Shown: piece after piece, positions 59,903 to 64,000 of the stretch | Position numbering within the stretch: the stretch's first letter is position 1 | Layout: each line of letters starts with the position of its first letter | Notes under the pieces: generated by a model | What the model saw: only the letters and a program-made list of their open reading frames with translations | Database searches by the model: none | Told to the model about the DNA's origin: nothing | Made by a program: the position numbers and the translations under genes | Origin: Octopus bimaculoides | Taxonomy: Eukaryota | Direction of reading: 5' to 3' | Length of the DNA stretch: 64,000 bases | Assembly (NCBI RefSeq): GCF_001194135.2 | Contig: NC_068991.1 | Span: 64,181,729-64,245,728, forward strand

Positions 59903-61700
59903 AGAGGTAGATAGATAGACAGATATACATTGAAACGCACATACATAAATGTATGGCATTAACAACTGATAGTGCAATGATCGTTGTCAGTAATTGCATT
60001 AAAATAATCTCCTTGATCTTTCCCTGCGCTGTCGTTCTTTCATTTTTTTTAAATTTCGGTCATTTTGGATGTTAAAATCTTACTCATTCAACGAGTCACT
60101 CTGTGTTTCATTTTAAAATAAATTTTCTACATATATGTTATCTTTATCCTTTAAAAAAATCCCTACAAATATTCATTTATATAGTAGGGGTAAAAATAAA
60201 TAACCTTGTTCCCAATATAGGATACCAACAATTTGATACACTACAATAGAGTATGCGTGGAACGAACGTATTTTGTTTATAAAAGATATATTTTTCAATG
60301 CATAAGTAATGATAAAAGAGCATATATAGGATATATTCCTTACAGAGCAAAAAAAAATATGTCAGCAATCATATGTATGTATGTGTGTGCGTGTGTAGAT
60401 ATAATTTTCTATTCTATCCACAGTTGCATACATTCATGCTTGCATGAATACATACATGGCTGGTTGCTGACAGATTTTTCTGCTCTGTAAGGATTTTATC
60501 GTATATACGTGTTGTTCTATCAGTACTTACGCGTTGAAAAAATATATCATTCTAATTGTACTACAATGCATTCCAGCGCTTCAAAAAGAAACTTGTTTGT
60601 TTACATATAACGTAATAAAATTATATATATTCATGCATATATATGTATGTATGTATATATATATATATATATATATATANNNNNNNNNNNNNNNNNNNNN
60701 NNNNNNNNNNNNNNNNNNNNNNNNNNNNNNNNNNNNNNNNNNNNNNNNNNNNNNNNNNNNNNNNNNNNNNNNNNNNNNNNNNNNNNNNNNNNNNNNNNNN
60801 NNNNNNNNNNNNNNNNNNNNNNNNNNNNNNNNNNNNNNNNNNNNNNNNNNNNNNNNNNNNNNNNNNNNNNNNNNNNNNNNNNNNNNNNNNNNNNNNNNNN
60901 NNNNNNNNNNNNNNNNNNNNNNNNNNNNNNNNNNNNNNNNNNNNNNNNNNNNNNNNNNNNNNNNNNNNNNNNNNNNNNNNNNNNNNNNNNNNNNNNNNNN
61001 NNNNNNNNNNNNNNNNNNNNNNNNNNNNNNNNNNNNNNNNNNNNNNNNNNNNNNNNNNNNNNNNNNNNNNNNNNNNNNNNNNNNNNNNNNNNNNNNNNNN
61101 NNNNNNNNNNNNNNNNNNNNNNNNNNNNNNNNNNNNNNNNNNNNNNNNNNNNNNNNNNNNNNNNNNNNNNNNNNNNNNNNNNNNNNNNNNNNNNNNNNNN
61201 NNNNNNNNNNNNNNNNNNNNNNNNNNNNNNNNNNNNNNNNNNNNNNNNNNNNNNNNNNNNNNNNNNNNNNNNNNNNNNNNNNNNNNNNNNNNNNNNNNNN
61301 NNNNNNNNNNNNNNNNNNNNNNNNNNNNNNNNNNNNNNNNNNNNNNNNNNNNNNNNNNNNNNNNNNNNNNNNNNNNNNNNNNNNNNNNNNNNNNNNNNNN
61401 NNNNNNNNNNNNNNNNNNNNNNNNNNNNNNNNNNNNNNNNNNNNNNNNNNNNNNNNNNNNNNNNNNNNNNNNNNNNNNNNNNNNNNNNNNNNNNNNNNNN
61501 NNNNNNNNNNNNNNNNNNNNNNNNNNNNNNNNNNNNNNNNNNNNNNNNNNNNNNNNNNNNNNNNNNNNNNNNNNNNNNNNNNNNNNNNNNNNNNNNNNNN
61601 NNNNNNNNNNNNNNNNNNNNNNNNNNNNNNNNNACACATATATATATATATAAATATGCATATATATGAGAAAGCATGGTTGGTGATTACTTGTGGTTGA

Positions 61701-61960
61701 ATATACCAGGAAAGAAATAAGATGAAAATACAGATTTGTTTTAGGAAACTAAAGAAAATATTTAAATCGTCATGGCCAAAGTATTATACAATATTACAAA
61801 ATAAGATTCTTTTTCCTCCTGCGAAAGGGTCATTTTATTAGAGGAAAAATATCATATTTTGTATAATATACATTAATATGTTTGCCATGACGATTTAAAT
61901 ATATTCTTTAGTCTTGTAAAATCGAATCTGTGTATTTTCATCTTATTTCTTTCCTTATAT
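61701..61960. mobile_element. Fold-back (palindromic) MITE-like element
   Basis: 61701-61818 and 61841-61960 are imperfect inverted repeats (shared 'ggaaagaaataagatgaaaatac', 'atatttaaatcgtcatggc', 'tttttcctc') around a 22-nt spacer, with TA-rich ends. Confidence 0.8.
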
Positions 61961-62231
61961 ATATACACGGACGCACAAACACACACACTCGCATACATAT
62001 ACACACACATGCGCACAAATATTGATTACAATTACGGATTGACTCACTCATAACACAAAAAGACTTCAATCGAACATATAGTATTTTGGTATCAAAATTT
62101 TCATAGCACCATTTGCGAGCTGAGCATTTACATATTTCTACTGCAGTTGAATGTTTGTGATATTAGCAGTACTTCTGTACTTTTAATGGCTAATATGTGC
62201 TATATACGCTGATATCGTGATATTTTTTTTG

Positions 62232-62393
62232 TCGATCCCTTTTGATCGAACTCCCCCTTTTTTCCTTCCTACGATCCCTTTTGATCGACACACCCCTACT
62301 TTTTTTCCCTTCCCCCTCCCCAAAAGAAAAGCTCTACATTGTATTTGTCCCATCTTTGTTGAGCCCTGTGTGGCTAATAAAAGAAATGTATCA

Positions 62394-62439
<46 letters not shown>

Positions 62440-62592
62440 ACGATCCCTTTTGATCGGCGTTTAAAATTTTTTTTTTCTACTTCATGATCCCATTTGATCG
62501 AAAATTTATTTTTCCTTTTTTTCCCTTCAAAAAGAAAAGCTCTCCATTGTATTTTGTACCCTCTGTGTTCGACGCTGTGTGGCTAATAAAGA

Positions 62593-62623
<31 letters not shown>

Positions 62624-62631
62624 ATCTATCC

Positions 62632-62703
<72 letters not shown>

Positions 62704-62728
62704 GTCTGTCTGTCTGTCTATCTATCTA
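62232..62728 (+). repeat. Two tandem units, each with two CGATC-N6-GATCG dyads, AATAAA and a (TATC)n tail
   Basis: Dyads at 62232, 62272, 62441 and 62485; shared 'aaaagctct.cattgtattt...ctgtgtggctaataaa.gaaat'; (TATC)n at about 62396-62438 and 62595-62728. Confidence 0.8.
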
Positions 62729-62739
62729 TGTGTGTGTGT

Positions 62740-63016
62740 GAAGGCACGTGGCTTTGTAGTTAGGGTGTTGCACTCACGATAGTGAGATCTTGGTTTCAAT
62801 TCCTAGACCGGGTGGTGCGTTGTGTTCTTGAGCAAAATACTTCACCCCACGGCGCTCTGCGATCATTTCGACACATGACGCGTGGCACACAGCGTATCTG
62901 TTCAGACAACGTCGATCTGATGGAACGAGTGAGCTAATGTGCAGCACGAACATTTGATCACTATAAACAATTCATTTAAGTAGATCGTTCGGCGAAAGCT
63001 GAACGCTCATACGTCG
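62740..63016 (+). mobile_element. tRNA-derived SINE (further family or subfamily)
   Basis: Head 'ggcacgtggctttgtagttagggtgttgcactc...ggtttcaattcctagaccggg' (A/B-box-like) followed by 'tgtgttcttgagcaaaatacttca'. Confidence 0.7.
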
Positions 63017-64000
63017 TATTCAGCAGGAAAGTCCATCATATATATATNNNNNNNNNNNNNNNNNNNNNNNNNNNNNNNNNNNNNNNNNNNNNNNNNNNNN
63101 NNNNNNNNNNNNNNNNNNNNNNNNNNNNNNNNNNNNNNNNNNNNNNNNNNNNNNNNNNNNNNNNNNNNNNNNNNNNNNNNNNNNNNNNNNNNNNNNNNNN
63201 NNNNNNNNNNNNNNNNNNNNNNNNNNNNNNNNNNNNNNNNNNNNNNNNNNNNNNNNNNNNNNNNNNNNNNNNNNNNNNNNNNNNNNNNNNNNNNNNNNNN
63301 NNNNNNNNNNNNNNNNNNNNNNNNNNNNNNNNNNNNNNNNNNNNNNNNNNNNNNNNNNNNNNNNNNNNNNNNNNNNNNNNNNNNNNNNNNNNNNNNNNNN
63401 NNNNNNNNNNNNNNNNNNNNNNNNNNNNNNNNTATATATATGTATATATATAAGTATATATGTGTTACCTTTCCGTTAGTACGAGCATAGAAATATTATA
63501 GAGATTATATAAGATCCCGCTCTAATTTGTTTGAAATTCTGCCAACGAAGCAATAGATTAAAGTGTTTCTAAATGCTCTATTATTCGATGTGGCTTTTTA
63601 GTGATTCCTACAACAGAGCCTATATTTGGAAGGGAAGTAATTGAAATTGCATAAAAAGTAGAGATTTACATTTATCTGCTTCTCTAATTGCCCATATCAA
63701 TAATGCCTATTCTAAAGCTAGTTTACATTTCAAGACAAATTCTTAGCTTATCGCTATGATATAAAATACCAAAATTTTGAACATAAAGGTCAGCCGTTGC
63801 AAGGATTGCGGGTTAAGAAAGAATATTGGTGTATTTTGAATTTGAGCATTGAGAGTTAATAAAAAGTATATTATGTTGTAATGGTTTGAGGATGAAAATA
63901 TGAAAGATAAAGAGTAACATAATTCGTACAAAATATATATTTATCTTAGATTTTTCAAAAATTTTGTTTAGAACGGCGCATTGCAATATATATATATATA

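Overview
AT-rich, repeat-dominated eukaryotic genomic DNA from a draft assembly with 12 N-gaps, nearly all bordered by (TA)n. The microsatellite load and SINE families resemble those I recall from cephalopod (Octopus) genomes; this is inference, not a database result. No intact protein-coding gene, rRNA, true tRNA or CRISPR array can be supported. Most ORF-track entries are microsatellite or N-gap artefacts. The window reads as intronic or intergenic and contains: (i) three or four tRNA-derived SINE families in about 30 copies; (ii) Tc1/mariner relics and MITEs, two of them fold-back structures; (iii) a near full-length but shattered hAT (Buster/Charlie-type) transposase fossil plus two hAT MITEs; (iv) fragments of R4/Dong-like restriction-like-endonuclease LINEs, repeatedly bounded by microsatellites; (v) CR1/L2-like, RTE-like and Penelope-like relics; (vi) a 1-kb polypyrimidine tract with higher-order repeats. 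The most unusual observations are the Dong-like fragments clustered at (TAA)n arrays, a chimeric RLE element bounded by (TACA)n, SINE-B tandem dimers with duplicated flanks, a three-arm A-A'-A hairpin at 50.9 kb, and a tandem CGATC-N6-GATCG element with (TATC)n tails at 62.2 kb. A few exon-like segments are reported as low-confidence hypotheses only.
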